Source of the DNA: a phage
Reading direction: 5' to 3' (one strand)
Sequence record: PZ379076.1
Length of the DNA stretch: 44,111 nucleotides
Shown here: piece after piece, positions 43,554 to 44,111 of the stretch
Position numbering within the stretch: position 1 is the stretch's first letter
How the letters are laid out: the number at the start of each line of letters is the position of its first letter
Translations under genes and position numbers: made by a program
Notes under the pieces: generated by a model
What the model was told of the DNA's origin: nothing
Database searches by the model: none
What the model saw: only the letters and a program-made list of their open reading frames with translations

Positions 43554-43818
43554 GTTATTCTGGTTTGGTGGTATGCTCGCAATCGGGAGCACATCGCTGT
43601 TTAACGTATACCACCCCAGCGTAGATGATGGCCTGTTCGGGCGTGTGCTTTATATTCTGACTGCTATTGTCTGCGCCGCCGGATGTATCCACCTGTTACA
43701 GGGCAGCATGTCACCTACGTTGCCTGAGACATTAATCACTTTAGTTGCGCTGCGCCAGATTCGTCAGGCGTGGCTGTCGTACGGAGGACATAAGCGTGTC
43801 TCGAAACATTTCAGATAA
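43546..43818 (+). CDS. second small membrane protein of the lysis cassette (holin/antiholin candidate)
   Basis: ATG 43546 inside track ORF 43465-43818; two hydrophobic helices; overlaps neighbours. Confidence 0.45.
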   Translation: MNELFWFGGMLAIGSTSLFNVYHPSVDDGLFGRVLYILTAIVCAAGCIHLLQGSMSPTLPETLITLVALRQIRQAWLSYGGHKRVSKHFR

Positions 43819-44111
43819 TGGGTTGCATTTCACCGCAGCGTTTGAGGGGTTCCGCGGAACTGCGTATCGTGCTACGCCAAATGAGAAGTACCTGACTATT
43901 GGGTACGGTCATTATGGGCCAGACGTAACGCCAGGCAAGACCATCACCCCGGGACAAGGCCTCCTGTTACTGAATCGTGATATGGCTAAGGCCGTAGCTG
44001 CGGTTGACGCAGCAGCACACCATTCATTGACACAGGCACAGTTCGACGCAGTGTGCGACCTGGTGTATAACGCGGGTGCCGGTGTGATTGCGGCTACTAC
44101 TGGCACAGGTA
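43796..44111 (+). CDS. endolysin (lysozyme-like), N-terminal part; 3' end at window positions 1-173
   Basis: GTG 43796 with GGAGGA SD; translation ...AAFEGFRGTAYRATPNEKYLTIGYGHYG... resembles the catalytic E...TIGYGH region of phage lysozymes; runs off the window end in frame with 1-173. Confidence 0.7.
   Translation, partial: MSRNISDNGLHFTAAFEGFRGTAYRATPNEKYLTIGYGHYGPDVTPGKTITPGQGLLLLNRDMAKAVAAVDAAAHHSLTQAQFDAVCDLVYNAGAGVIAATTGTG

Noticed and set aside
43912-44106. 64-aa minus-strand ORF
   Set aside because: Antisense to the lysozyme gene, which has clear catalytic-region motifs in the plus frame.
1-44111. CRISPR arrays, rRNA genes, integrase/att sites, IS elements
   Set aside because: No spaced direct repeats of CRISPR type, no rRNA-like conserved blocks, no tyrosine or serine recombinase motifs and no terminal inverted repeats flanking a transposase-like ORF were seen.

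Overview
The window reads as a complete, circularly permuted ~44.1-kb genome of a tailed dsDNA phage of enterobacterial type: the lysozyme gene truncated at the right end (43796-44111) continues in frame into the left end (1-173). No tRNA, rRNA, CRISPR array, integrase or transposase was recognised. Layout: (i) a plus-strand operon of 11 small overlapping ORFs (354-2492) behind a sigma70-like promoter; (ii) packaging and morphogenesis genes on the plus strand (terS, terL, portal, Mu-F-like head protein, scaffold, HK97-fold capsid, Ig-like proteins, neck, major tail, chaperones, tape measure, lambda M/L/K/I-like tip proteins, beta-helix tailspike); (iii) a minus-strand replication region (27.4-39.6 kb) with Toprim protein, SNF2 helicase, VRR-NUC nuclease, family A DNA polymerase, DUF2815-like SSB, DUF2800-like nuclease, primase/helicase and HTH regulators; (iv) plus-strand small genes ending in two holin-like proteins and the endolysin. 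Overlapped Rz/Rz1-like spanins sit apart from the lysis cassette at 8116-8611. Most worth a second look: a duplicated ~115-nt conserved element with its own promoter, base-pair covariation and a downstream hairpin (candidate structured RNA); promoter families sharing an AATAG-N4-CTATT palindrome; an opposite-strand moron cassette inside the tail cluster (dNMP-kinase-like, HAD phosphatase, HTH-metallophosphoesterase, Imm-like membrane protein); a helicase and a tape measure gene each broken at a homopolymer; and a DUF551-like gene with an in-frame TAA. All functional calls are from motifs read by eye; no database search was run.
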